NCBI GenBank assembly: GCA_040755855.1
Contig: JBFMAD010000003.1
Coordinates: 32,001 to 96,000, forward strand
DNA from: Planctomycetota bacterium
Lineage (GTDB): Bacteria > Planctomycetota > Brocadiia > JAADGH01
DNA length: 64,000 nt
Reading direction: 5' to 3'
Shown: positions 17,715 to 26,647 of the stretch, piece by piece
Layout of the letters: the number at the start of each line of letters is the position of its first letter
Position numbering within the stretch: position 1 is the first letter of the stretch
The notes under the pieces: model-generated
Seen by the model: the letters and a program-made list of their open reading frames with translations, nothing else
Databases searched by the model: none
Told to the model about the DNA's origin: nothing
Made by a program: the position numbers and the translations under genes

Positions 17715-18794
17715 CTATGGTTTCGGGGCCGGATCGGGGCGGCTTGTTGCTCCGCCGTCTTTCGTTCCCCGAACGACTCCGCGTCGGATGAGTTCGTCGG
17801 CCAGGGCCTTGGTGTATTCTGGGGCGTCCCGATAATCGAGGTGGACATCATCGGGACACGTGAATTGCCTCATGGCCGGCACATCCTCGAAGTGAATAGC
17901 AACCGCGCTCGTCGTATGCGCGAAGGCGTCCCAGTATTTTGATCGGGGATGTACCTCCTCCTCCATCTCGCGCGACTCTCCGCCGCTGACCATGCGAACG
18001 AGAACGACACGGCCGCCCCTCTGCTGGATGCGCTCAACGAGCTTTTCGAGCTCGGCGGTCCCTCTGGGCAGCATATCGAGGCTCACCGCCCAAGGCGGCT
18101 TGCCTTTGCCAAGCCGAAGACGGGCCTCGTGCGTTTCCCGCTTGATGGCCTCCACGTCTGTTTTCGTGTAGTCTGCGGCGCGCGAACGGTCGGGTCTGGT
18201 CAGGATGTAGTACGGCTTGGGCCACTTGCCCTTCAATATCTGCGGAAGGACCTTTTGGGGGGCGAGGCTGGGCTGGGCAATGACCAGATGCTGTTGGACA
18301 AACGTGGCCAGGATGCGCTCGATCTTTCGGGACAAGCTCCATACGGAGTGATAGTAATGGACATACTCTTGCGCTTCTCGGGTATTATATTCTGGCGAGA
18401 GCCATCGGGCCATCATCTCGCACAATGCAATTCCCCGAAACGTCTCGTCCTCGGCAAGGTCCCGAAGGACGGGCACAAACGAAGTGTCAACAATGGCAAG
18501 ATTTATCAGACGATAGCCGGGACACCTTTCAAGGAACGCCGCGTGGTCAAATCCGAGCTGGATGCGCGACGCACCCAACACGACGATGGTGTTTGTGTCT
18601 GCGCCGGATGCGGCCTCGCGGCACAGACACCAAAGGTCTTTGTCATCGGTCACGGAAGGCGTATAGCCATGAACTCGCCAGAGGATCTCCAGTGCGATCA
18701 GGAACGCACCGGCTACAGACGTCGCCAGCGCCCACATCTTCAGATACGGCCCCTCGGGGAGCCGGTCGTTAGAATTGGAAATAGATGAAGGCAC
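17715..18794 (-). CDS. SGNH-like (AlgJ/DltD-like) periplasmic acyltransferase partner
   Basis: N-terminal TM, LGASR and DDVH motifs, overlaps the 3' end of the MBOAT gene. Confidence 0.65.
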   Translation of the reverse strand: MPSSISNSNDRLPEGPYLKMWALATSVAGAFLIALEILWRVHGYTPSVTDDKDLWCLCREAASGADTNTIVVLGASRIQLGFDHAAFLERCPGYRLINLAIVDTSFVPVLRDLAEDETFRGIALCEMMARWLSPEYNTREAQEYVHYYHSVWSLSRKIERILATFVQQHLVIAQPSLAPQKVLPQILKGKWPKPYYILTRPDRSRAADYTKTDVEAIKRETHEARLRLGKGKPPWAVSLDMLPRGTAELEKLVERIQQRGGRVVLVRMVSGGESREMEEEVHPRSKYWDAFAHTTSAVAIHFEDVPAMRQFTCPDDVHLDYRDAPEYTKALADELIRRGVVRGTKDGGATSRPDPAPKP

Positions 18795-20193
18795 GATCCT
18801 CTCCAGACACGGTCATAATGGCAATCATTAAACCCGCCAAAATCAGCCCCTTGAGCCACCAGGGGCAGCGGTTGGCTATCTCCTCCAGGGATGAGTCGCG
18901 CATCACCCAGTGTATACCCAACATGGCGATAGTGATGCCGAGCACGGCGGCGATCCTTGCCCGGTCCAACACCCCCGGACCTTCGGTGGGCAGTACGTGC
19001 AACATGCTTCCCAACAAAGTGAATGCCTGGCCGAAACTGTGAGCCCTGAAAAAGACCCAGGCGACGCAGCATAGAAGGTACGTGACAAAGGCCAGGGCTA
19101 TCCTGACAGGAAGTTTGAGCCAGAAGTCGCTTTCCCGCACGATCGTCGTGACTACGTACTCCACAACCAGGAACATGCCATGCAGACCGCCCCAGAACAC
19201 GAACGTCCAGGATGCGCCATGCCACAAGCCGCCCAGAAGCATTGTCACCGTCAGGTTGCGCAGCGTCCGTATCGCGCCGTCGCGGCTCCCGCCAAGAGGG
19301 ATATACAGGTAGTCCCGGAGCCACGTGGACAATGAGATATGCCACCTGCGCCAGAAATCGGATAAACCGATGGAGGCGTACGGGAAGTGAAAGTTATCGG
19401 GCAGCGCAAACCCAAAACACAAGCCGACGCCGATTGCGCACGTCGAGTAGCCGGCAAAGTCGCAAAAGATCTGCGCGGCGAAGGACATCGTGCCGCACCA
19501 TGCGTCGGTGAAACAGGGGCGGAGCGTCTGGTCGTATACCCTTTCGGTTATGCGCGCCAGGATTCCGTCGGCAATGACGATCTTCTCGAAGAGCCCCAGG
19601 AGCATGAGGCTGAGTCCCCACGACATCTGTCGCGCGGAAGCCCTTTTCGGCTGCTCGCATTGGGGAAGGAACTGGGTCGCGCGAACAATGGGCCCTGCCA
19701 CCAGTTGCGGAAAAAAAGTCACATACAGGGCATAATCCAGGAATGAGTGCCACGGCTGCGCTTTGCCCCGGTAGATGTCAATCGTATAGGAGAGCGTCTG
19801 AAATGTGTAGAAGGAAATGCCCACAGGAAGTATGATGTCAGGCAGCACTGGCTGGAACCGGACGCCGAAAAAACCCAAAGCGGCGACGAAGCTCTCGTCC
19901 AGAAACTTTCCATATTTGAAAAAGCCCAGCAGACCGAAATTGGCCCCAAGACTCAGCAGGAGCCACGCCCTTCGAGCGGCTTGCCGCTGGCTCGCCCCTA
20001 TGCCTTTCCCGGCGAACCAATCCACAAGCGTCGAGATCCAGAGTATGACAACAAAGGGGGGCCTCCAGGCCGCGTAGAAGAGGTAGCTTGCAACGAGAAG
20101 ATTGAACTTCTTCACTCTCCATGAGAGAGGAAGATTGTGCAAGAATAAGACTACGATAAAGAAGATGATGAAGGTGATAGAGTTGAAAAGCAC
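18769..20193 (-). CDS. MBOAT O-acyltransferase, AlgI/DltB-like
   Basis: MLFNS, PVGISFYTFQ, FFPQLVAGPI, DFAGYS, FWRRWHISLS, GLWHGA, FIYFQF. Confidence 0.95.
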   Translation of the reverse strand: MLFNSITFIIFFIVVLFLHNLPLSWRVKKFNLLVASYLFYAAWRPPFVVILWISTLVDWFAGKGIGASQRQAARRAWLLLSLGANFGLLGFFKYGKFLDESFVAALGFFGVRFQPVLPDIILPVGISFYTFQTLSYTIDIYRGKAQPWHSFLDYALYVTFFPQLVAGPIVRATQFLPQCEQPKRASARQMSWGLSLMLLGLFEKIVIADGILARITERVYDQTLRPCFTDAWCGTMSFAAQIFCDFAGYSTCAIGVGLCFGFALPDNFHFPYASIGLSDFWRRWHISLSTWLRDYLYIPLGGSRDGAIRTLRNLTVTMLLGGLWHGASWTFVFWGGLHGMFLVVEYVVTTIVRESDFWLKLPVRIALAFVTYLLCCVAWVFFRAHSFGQAFTLLGSMLHVLPTEGPGVLDRARIAAVLGITIAMLGIHWVMRDSSLEEIANRCPWWLKGLILAGLMIAIMTVSGEDRAFIYFQF

Positions 20194-20388
20194 GCGAAGA
20201 TTATCTCATGCGAAAGACTGCTTTGGCGAACTCTCCGGGGCCGGAGGCTGGCCCCTATCTACTACTGATTCTACCAGTAAGAGAAAATGGTGTCAAGCGG
20301 GCACAAACCCAGGCGAGTCAATCTCTTTTCTTCTTGCCTTACACGGATCGTTTCGATACCGTCTTAAGGGATGAACAGGAGCCTGGTT

Positions 20389-22083
20389 ATGGAACATTTG
20401 ACCCAAAAACTGCGCGTCGGAATTCTCATGTGTTCCTTCGATATTCCTGCCTGGGCGCACGTGATGTTGGACAGGATAAAAAGGTCCGACTATGCACAGA
20501 TTGTGCTGGTCGTCCTCAACGACCGGCCTCCGGGGCAAACAAGACGACAGCGCGGGTCCGGAAGCCGATGGGACACATGGCTTTACAGACTTTACACCGC
20601 GTTTGACCGGGCGCGATACAAGCCGCAACCCGATGCACTTGAGATCAGAGACGCAGCTTGTCTACTGGCCGATGTGCCCACATTAAAGGTGGTTTCCCGA
20701 AAAACCACTCAGGGCGACGATTGGGAGGACGAAAACATCCGGAGGATGGAGGCATATGATATTGATGTTTTCATCCATCTCGGATCGCATATACCCGGCG
20801 GGCGAATCCTGCAGGTCCCGCGATATGGTGTGTGGTCCTATCACTATAGCGGCGACGTTGTGAATCGCCATGGCCCGCCTGGCTTCTGGGAGGTCTTCAA
20901 ATATCATCCCACTACGGAATCAATCCTGTATCTCCTGAGCGAAGGCTCGGACAACGGAACCGTGTTGTGCAGATCGTATTCGGCGACCAACCGCCTCTCT
21001 GTTGAGTTGAACCGCAACAATTGCCTCTGTAAGAGCCTGTCGTTCGCGCCGCGGAAACTGGCGGAATTGCATAGGATAGGGGGGGAACGGTTTTTCAGCA
21101 GGGCAAGGAAAGAAAACGGACGCATCGGCTCCTGCGCGAGCAACCTATGTGCCATGCCGAGGGACCGCGAGTTGTGGGCGCCCTTGCTCCGGTATGCGGT
21201 CTGGCGCGTCAAGACCAGATTTATCAGCGTGTTTCATTCCTGCCAGTGGATCCTCTTGTTTGGCCTGGGTGACGGTGTTTCGACTTGCTTCCGAATGTTC
21301 AAGAGGCTTGTCCCTCCACGGGATCGGTTCTGGGCAGATCCCTTTGTTGTTCAGAAGTCGGGTTTGTATTACGTCTTCATGGAGGAGTTCGACTACGCTA
21401 AGGAGAAGGGGCACATCTCGGTGCTCACGATTGATAAAAACGGGAATCATACGCAGCCGGTAAAGATTCTGGAGCGGCCCTACCATTTGTCGTATCCTTT
21501 TGTATTCGAGTGGGATGGCAGTATGTATATGATTCCCGAGTCGGCAGGGAACAGGACGCTCGATGTATATCGCTGCACAGAGTTCCCGCAAAAATGGGAG
21601 TTTCACAAGACACTGATGAAGGATGTCGCCGCCTTTGATGGGACGCTGTTGCAGCACCGTGGGAAGTGGTGGCTCTTCGTAAACATCCGAGAGAACGATG
21701 GCGCCTCGGGCTCTGATGAACTATTTTTATTCTATGCGGACAATCCCTTGGCGGATAGCTGGCGGCATCACCCGAAGAATCCGGTTGTCTCGGATGTCAG
21801 ACGATCGCGACCCGCGGGGAAAATTTTCGAGCGGAATGGAAGTCTCTATCGCCCCTCTCAGAACTGCTCCACGCGATATGGCTATGGCCTGAAGATCAAT
21901 CAGATTCTTGTGTTGAGCGAGACGGACTATCAGGAAAAGGAGGTTGACTCCATCGAGCCAAAGTGGGACAAGAACATCATCGGCGTCCACACATTCAATC
22001 AAGCCGGCCGACTGACAGTGATTGACGGGCTCTTGAAAAGACCAAAATTGCCGTGGGACAAGAGAGGACCTTACGTGTGGTAG
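20389..22083 (+). CDS. Formyltransferase-like N-domain + beta-propeller glycosidase-like (GINT1 N-terminal-like) protein
   Basis: GVWSYH..GPPGFWEV; FWADPF, HLSYPF, MIPES, RPAG, YGYGL; AGGAG RBS. Confidence 0.75.
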   Translation: MEHLTQKLRVGILMCSFDIPAWAHVMLDRIKRSDYAQIVLVVLNDRPPGQTRRQRGSGSRWDTWLYRLYTAFDRARYKPQPDALEIRDAACLLADVPTLKVVSRKTTQGDDWEDENIRRMEAYDIDVFIHLGSHIPGGRILQVPRYGVWSYHYSGDVVNRHGPPGFWEVFKYHPTTESILYLLSEGSDNGTVLCRSYSATNRLSVELNRNNCLCKSLSFAPRKLAELHRIGGERFFSRARKENGRIGSCASNLCAMPRDRELWAPLLRYAVWRVKTRFISVFHSCQWILLFGLGDGVSTCFRMFKRLVPPRDRFWADPFVVQKSGLYYVFMEEFDYAKEKGHISVLTIDKNGNHTQPVKILERPYHLSYPFVFEWDGSMYMIPESAGNRTLDVYRCTEFPQKWEFHKTLMKDVAAFDGTLLQHRGKWWLFVNIRENDGASGSDELFLFYADNPLADSWRHHPKNPVVSDVRRSRPAGKIFERNGSLYRPSQNCSTRYGYGLKINQILVLSETDYQEKEVDSIEPKWDKNIIGVHTFNQAGRLTVIDGLLKRPKLPWDKRGPYVW

Positions 22084-22105
22084 GGGCATCAAGATTGAGG
22101 GGCAA

Positions 22106-22864
22106 TCAGTCCGAATTGCACTTGTTGGCAATGAAACTGTTGCGCCAGGGACCTTCCTTCTGATACTCGGTGAACGTCCAGTCCGTCATCGTCGCTTTCC
22201 ACTCGTTGAACGCCCTCTGCTCTCCCCGGTTGGGATTTCCCCGGAAGCAATACCAGTCATCGAAAATGATGATCGTTCCATCAGTCAGCAGGGGCCTTAC
22301 GAAATCCAAAACCGTTCTTGCGGACGCATACAGATCGCAATCCACATAAATGATGGCAGCCTTCTCCATGGCATGTTTTCGTCTCGTTTCCTCTGTGCAT
22401 GTGTCTTTAAACCATCCGGCTACCGTCACCACCCTATCCAAAGGCACGTCTGCATTGACGAGGTTCTCCCGGAATCTGCTTTCTTCGCAGGCATATTTTC
22501 CCGGAACAAAGTTGCTTGTTTCGCTGTCAATCCTGTCCAATTCCGGCAGTCCCTGGAACGAGTCAAAGGCAAAGAACCGCATGTTTTCCCCAATGCGTCT
22601 TGTCTTTGCCGCATTCTCCTTTGTCTGCTGCGCGTAGAATTTTTCATGGTGTTTGAACACCGCCTTGATCACCTGATAGGAATTGATGAACGTGCCGCCG
22701 GCGCAGACGCCAAACTCCAGGTAATCGCCTTCAATTCCTTCGGATGCGACAAGCGTTGCGGCCTTGTGGATTATGCTGTTCCCGTAAGCAATGGAATTGA
22801 CATTGACGAATTTCGCGGCAAGCTTACGAATGGGATAGATGATACGCCTGAGAGTGTGCTTCAC
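22106..22864 (-). CDS. TylF/MycF/NovP-family O-methyltransferase
   Basis: GDYLEFGV, FDSFQGLP, GWFKDT, VDCDLYAS, IIFDDW. Confidence 0.9.
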   Translation of the reverse strand: MKHTLRRIIYPIRKLAAKFVNVNSIAYGNSIIHKAATLVASEGIEGDYLEFGVCAGGTFINSYQVIKAVFKHHEKFYAQQTKENAAKTRRIGENMRFFAFDSFQGLPELDRIDSETSNFVPGKYACEESRFRENLVNADVPLDRVVTVAGWFKDTCTEETRRKHAMEKAAIIYVDCDLYASARTVLDFVRPLLTDGTIIIFDDWYCFRGNPNRGEQRAFNEWKATMTDWTFTEYQKEGPWRNSFIANKCNSD

Positions 22865-22911
22865 AGTGAAATGTTTCCCTTAAAACAAAAGCAAAGCGAA
22901 TGGGGCCAGAT

Positions 22912-23718
22912 TCATCCGCCCCTTGAGATTGGGGCCCGACCCATGAATCCTACTGCAAGCCTGGTGCCCTGGATTGGTTTTACTTCTATCTCTCTTGCCG
23001 TTTCATCAACCGCCCTGCTAACGTCTTCCATCATGCCATAGTCATGCCAGATCAGGATACCGTCCTCTTTCAGATGCTTCATCGCGTTCTGTGTATCCGT
23101 CTTGACATAATCATAGTAGTGACATCCATCAATTAACACCATGTCGAAAGGAACAGGCAATTTGCTCCAGTCCATCTTGGCCGAATCACAAAAGACCTGC
23201 GTTATCTTGTTCGCGTGGACGGTATTCCTGAACTGGGAACCGGTCTTGGTTCTGTCTGTTACATTCACCAGTGGATCGGGGACCGCAAGTCCGAGGTTGC
23301 CATCCCAATCGGGCGGCAGGTCCACCGTGGTAATTAAGGCGTCAGCCGGAGAATTTGCGGCAAGATTCAATGCCGTATTTCCATCGTATGTCCCGATTTC
23401 CAGGATGCGCTTCGGATTCGTGACGCGTACGATCGCGGAAAGCACAAGAATCTCCTGCAGATCAACCGAGGTCCCCAATTCTCGATCGTAGGCCCGGATC
23501 AACGTTACATCAACATCTTCAATCCCATCAAACAATTCGGTTACGGGAACTCTGTTAAGGTCGCCATATGTCCATCGGCTGATCCGGAAAACCTCCGGGT
23601 CCTTTGTTTCTACAGCAATATGGATATGGTGCGCATACCTCAGAAATCGCGCAATGGACGAGGGCTTCGTTATTGCCGTACGCATTTTTCGCAACACAAT
23701 GCGTATAGCATTCATCAT
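22912..23718 (-). CDS. Class I SAM-dependent methyltransferase (Methyltransf_24-like)
   Basis: ILEIGTYDG, TVDLP, FDMVLIDGCH, ILIWHDY. Confidence 0.88.
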   Translation of the reverse strand: MMNAIRIVLRKMRTAITKPSSIARFLRYAHHIHIAVETKDPEVFRISRWTYGDLNRVPVTELFDGIEDVDVTLIRAYDRELGTSVDLQEILVLSAIVRVTNPKRILEIGTYDGNTALNLAANSPADALITTVDLPPDWDGNLGLAVPDPLVNVTDRTKTGSQFRNTVHANKITQVFCDSAKMDWSKLPVPFDMVLIDGCHYYDYVKTDTQNAMKHLKEDGILIWHDYGMMEDVSRAVDETAREIEVKPIQGTRLAVGFMGRAPISRGG

Positions 23719-23850
23719 GTGCGTCTCCAATGTCTGCGAACCGCGCAAGAGGTTTTCGATGCGACGATTTCACTCAGACAAATTATAGCATGGCCGAGCC
23801 GGAATTATCAAGGCAGCGTTATGGATGCGCCAGGAGTCTATCTTTGAGTG

Positions 23851-23879
23851 TTGATTTCGCGTTGCGCCCCCCGTATATT
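23851..23879 (+). promoter_or_regulatory. Sigma70-type promoter of the glycan catabolic run
   Basis: TTGATT-N17-TATATT. Confidence 0.5.
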
Positions 23880-23927
23880 GTTCGCAATGCGCCGTCACAG
23901 GAACACAACCATTAAGGAGACAAGGCC

Positions 23928-26603
23928 ATGAAGGAGACTCTGTTCATCGCCGTTGTCACGTTTGTCGTTGCGTCAATCGGAGCGCTCGAAGCCGAGGGGC
24001 CGAAGAACCTGCTCAAGAACGGCGATTTCGAGACGGTCGCTGAGGGAAAACCGGAAGCCTGGGGACCTGCCGGGGCGGCGCATGTGAAGCAGCAGCTCAC
24101 GAGCGACATCGGGCGCGAAGGTAAGGGCGCCTCGGCGAAGTTGTCCTGTACAGAGTTTGGCAATGGCACGCCGGCCAGCCATGCGATGATTTGTCAGGTT
24201 GGTACGGTCGGCGTAAAAAAAGGCAAATGGTATCGGCTCACGCTGTGGGCGAAGGGCGAAGGGATTCGCGGCGACATGGTCCATGTCGGACTTTCCAACA
24301 CGAAGTCCTGGAGCAGCGCCGGGCTTAGGGAGGGGCTCGACCTCAAGCGGAAGTGGCAGCGCTTCGAGACCGTGTTTCAAGCCGTGGAGGACCTGCCTCC
24401 CGAGAACAGCCGATTCCAAATTTCGTTCAACAGCACGGGAACTCTCTGGCTGGACGATGTGGAACTTGTTGAGACGGAGATCAAGACAGAGCGGCATCCG
24501 CAATTGACGCTGGAAGGGCTTACGAACTTTATTCCCAACAGCAGCTTCGAGTGCGACACAGCGGGATGGGGGAGTTACGCACCGGACCTGAAGACATGGA
24601 CCGGAAACATCTATCAATTGATCGGCGACTTGGACGACACGACTGCGGTACACGGCAAACACAGCTTGCGCATTCGCCTTTCGCCGCAGAATCCGCCGAC
24701 GTATTTCTTCGGCTACCAGACCATCCGGCAGCAGCCGCGCTGTGTCCTGGCCGCGCATCATGGGTGGGCGCCGATGGAGCGAAAGCAGTCCTACACCTTA
24801 TCGGCGTCCCTCAAGAGCGACCAAGCCAGTGCGGTCGGCGTGCTGCTGGTTCGCCAGGCGGGAGGGCGGACGTTTCGCAAGGATTTTCCCCTGACGACGG
24901 ACTGGCAGCGCTGTGTGTTCACGTTCACAGCGGAGGCCGATTCGGCCTGGGCCGCCGTAGGGCTGGATTTGGATGCGTCCAAAATGGACTCGGCGACAGT
25001 GTGGATAGATGCGGTGCAGTTGGAACGCGGAACGCAAGCCACGCCCTATCAACCGCGCGCTTCTGTCGAGGTGATGGTAAAGACCGAGGCTGTCGGCAAT
25101 GTCTTTGTTACGGCGGACGAACGTCCAAACATCGCGCTGCAGTTGCATGTCTTCAATGACAGTGATGCGCCGAAGGACGTGAACGCTGAGGTCTCTGTGA
25201 CTGACTTTTTCGACGCCGAAGTCCTGCGGCAGACCGTTCCGCTCTCCGCGCCGGCGAAGAGTGGTGTGACGAAGTCCGTGAGCCTGCCCATCGGCAAGCG
25301 CGGGTTCTACCGGGTCAAGACGACGCTGGGCGACGCCGCCTATCTCGCGTTGCGATGTGCGGTGATAAAGCCCTATGGCGCGCAGCGGGATTCCCGTTTC
25401 GCCATGAATCATGCTTATCCCTGGGCTTTTCTGCTGCACCTTTCACATCAGGCAGGGATCCTGTGGTGGCGCGATTGGACGGTGCAATGGCAGACCGTTC
25501 AGCCGGAGGCCAACGCGCCGTTCGACTTCCGAGAGACGGATCCGCAGATTGACCGGGTGAGCAGGGAAGGCGGAAAGGTCCTGTTGATGTTCCCCTATCC
25601 GTCGTCCTCGTGGGTGAGCACGTCCGATCCCGCGACCATCGAGAAGATACTGACAAAGGAGTATCAGCGCGCGCGCCTTCCCTGGGCCTTCAAGCCCAAA
25701 GACGAGGATGCCTTCACCCGATATATCACAGAGACAGTCCGACACTACAAGGACCGCATTCAGGTATATCAGATCTTCAATGAGTCGCTCTACACAAACT
25801 ATGCCCTGCCCGCGCGCGGGGGACACACGTTGGACGACTACATGCGGCTGTTGCGGATTGCCTATCAGGCAATTAAGGCGGAGCAGCCGGACGCAATAGT
25901 GGTCGGCGGCCTTGGGATATGGGCGGACAACAAATGGACAAAGGATTTTGTCGAGGCCGGCGGCCTGCAATTCGCCGATGTGCTCGACCTGCATCTCTAC
26001 CCGAAGGGGCGTCCAGAGGTCTTCGGCGAATCGCTGGCGAAGTTGTGGCAGCGAATGAAGGAGAAGGGAGAGGCGAAGCCGATCTGGGTGACGGAATTGG
26101 GCTGCTACGGCGAGGATGACCCACCGATCACGCCCTTCCCCCCCAATTTCGGCGACGAGGCGATGCGCAATGCGCTCCGCCGCAACGAGCGCGAGGCCGC
26201 CGAATGGCTCGTCAAATTTGCGACAATCTTCTTCGCCAACGGGGGCGGGAAGATATTCCTTCATGCAGGGACCTGCGGCGAGATCAACGGCATGGACGCG
26301 GGCGGCGTCTTCTTCAAGTACGGCGGAACGCCCCGAAAAATCTATGCCGCCGTGTCAACGATGGCCAACCTGCTCCCACCGGAAGCAACGTTTGACCGAT
26401 CCGGCGACCTGGGCGAGAACGTCACTGTCTATTGGTTCCACACGCCGGCGCAGCAGATCGGCGTCGCGTGGTCGGCGGATGGAGAACCTTGCAAGATTGA
26501 ACTGCCTGCCAACGTTCAGTCGCTGGACATCATGGGCAATCCCATATCCGGGCCAACCGTCACGCTGACCGAAACGCCAATTTATCTGGTGAAACAACAA
26601 TGA
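23928..26603 (+). CDS. Secreted CBM4/9-like x2 + clan GH-A (GH39-like) glycoside hydrolase
   Basis: Signal peptide, NLLKNGDFE and NFIPNSSFE domains, QIFNES acid/base, WVTELG nucleophile. Confidence 0.8.
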   Translation: MKETLFIAVVTFVVASIGALEAEGPKNLLKNGDFETVAEGKPEAWGPAGAAHVKQQLTSDIGREGKGASAKLSCTEFGNGTPASHAMICQVGTVGVKKGKWYRLTLWAKGEGIRGDMVHVGLSNTKSWSSAGLREGLDLKRKWQRFETVFQAVEDLPPENSRFQISFNSTGTLWLDDVELVETEIKTERHPQLTLEGLTNFIPNSSFECDTAGWGSYAPDLKTWTGNIYQLIGDLDDTTAVHGKHSLRIRLSPQNPPTYFFGYQTIRQQPRCVLAAHHGWAPMERKQSYTLSASLKSDQASAVGVLLVRQAGGRTFRKDFPLTTDWQRCVFTFTAEADSAWAAVGLDLDASKMDSATVWIDAVQLERGTQATPYQPRASVEVMVKTEAVGNVFVTADERPNIALQLHVFNDSDAPKDVNAEVSVTDFFDAEVLRQTVPLSAPAKSGVTKSVSLPIGKRGFYRVKTTLGDAAYLALRCAVIKPYGAQRDSRFAMNHAYPWAFLLHLSHQAGILWWRDWTVQWQTVQPEANAPFDFRETDPQIDRVSREGGKVLLMFPYPSSSWVSTSDPATIEKILTKEYQRARLPWAFKPKDEDAFTRYITETVRHYKDRIQVYQIFNESLYTNYALPARGGHTLDDYMRLLRIAYQAIKAEQPDAIVVGGLGIWADNKWTKDFVEAGGLQFADVLDLHLYPKGRPEVFGESLAKLWQRMKEKGEAKPIWVTELGCYGEDDPPITPFPPNFGDEAMRNALRRNEREAAEWLVKFATIFFANGGGKIFLHAGTCGEINGMDAGGVFFKYGGTPRKIYAAVSTMANLLPPEATFDRSGDLGENVTVYWFHTPAQQIGVAWSADGEPCKIELPANVQSLDIMGNPISGPTVTLTETPIYLVKQQ

Positions 26604-26647
26604 AGACGCAAGCAGTCACGTGCGATGGTTTCAGGAGGAGAACGGCA

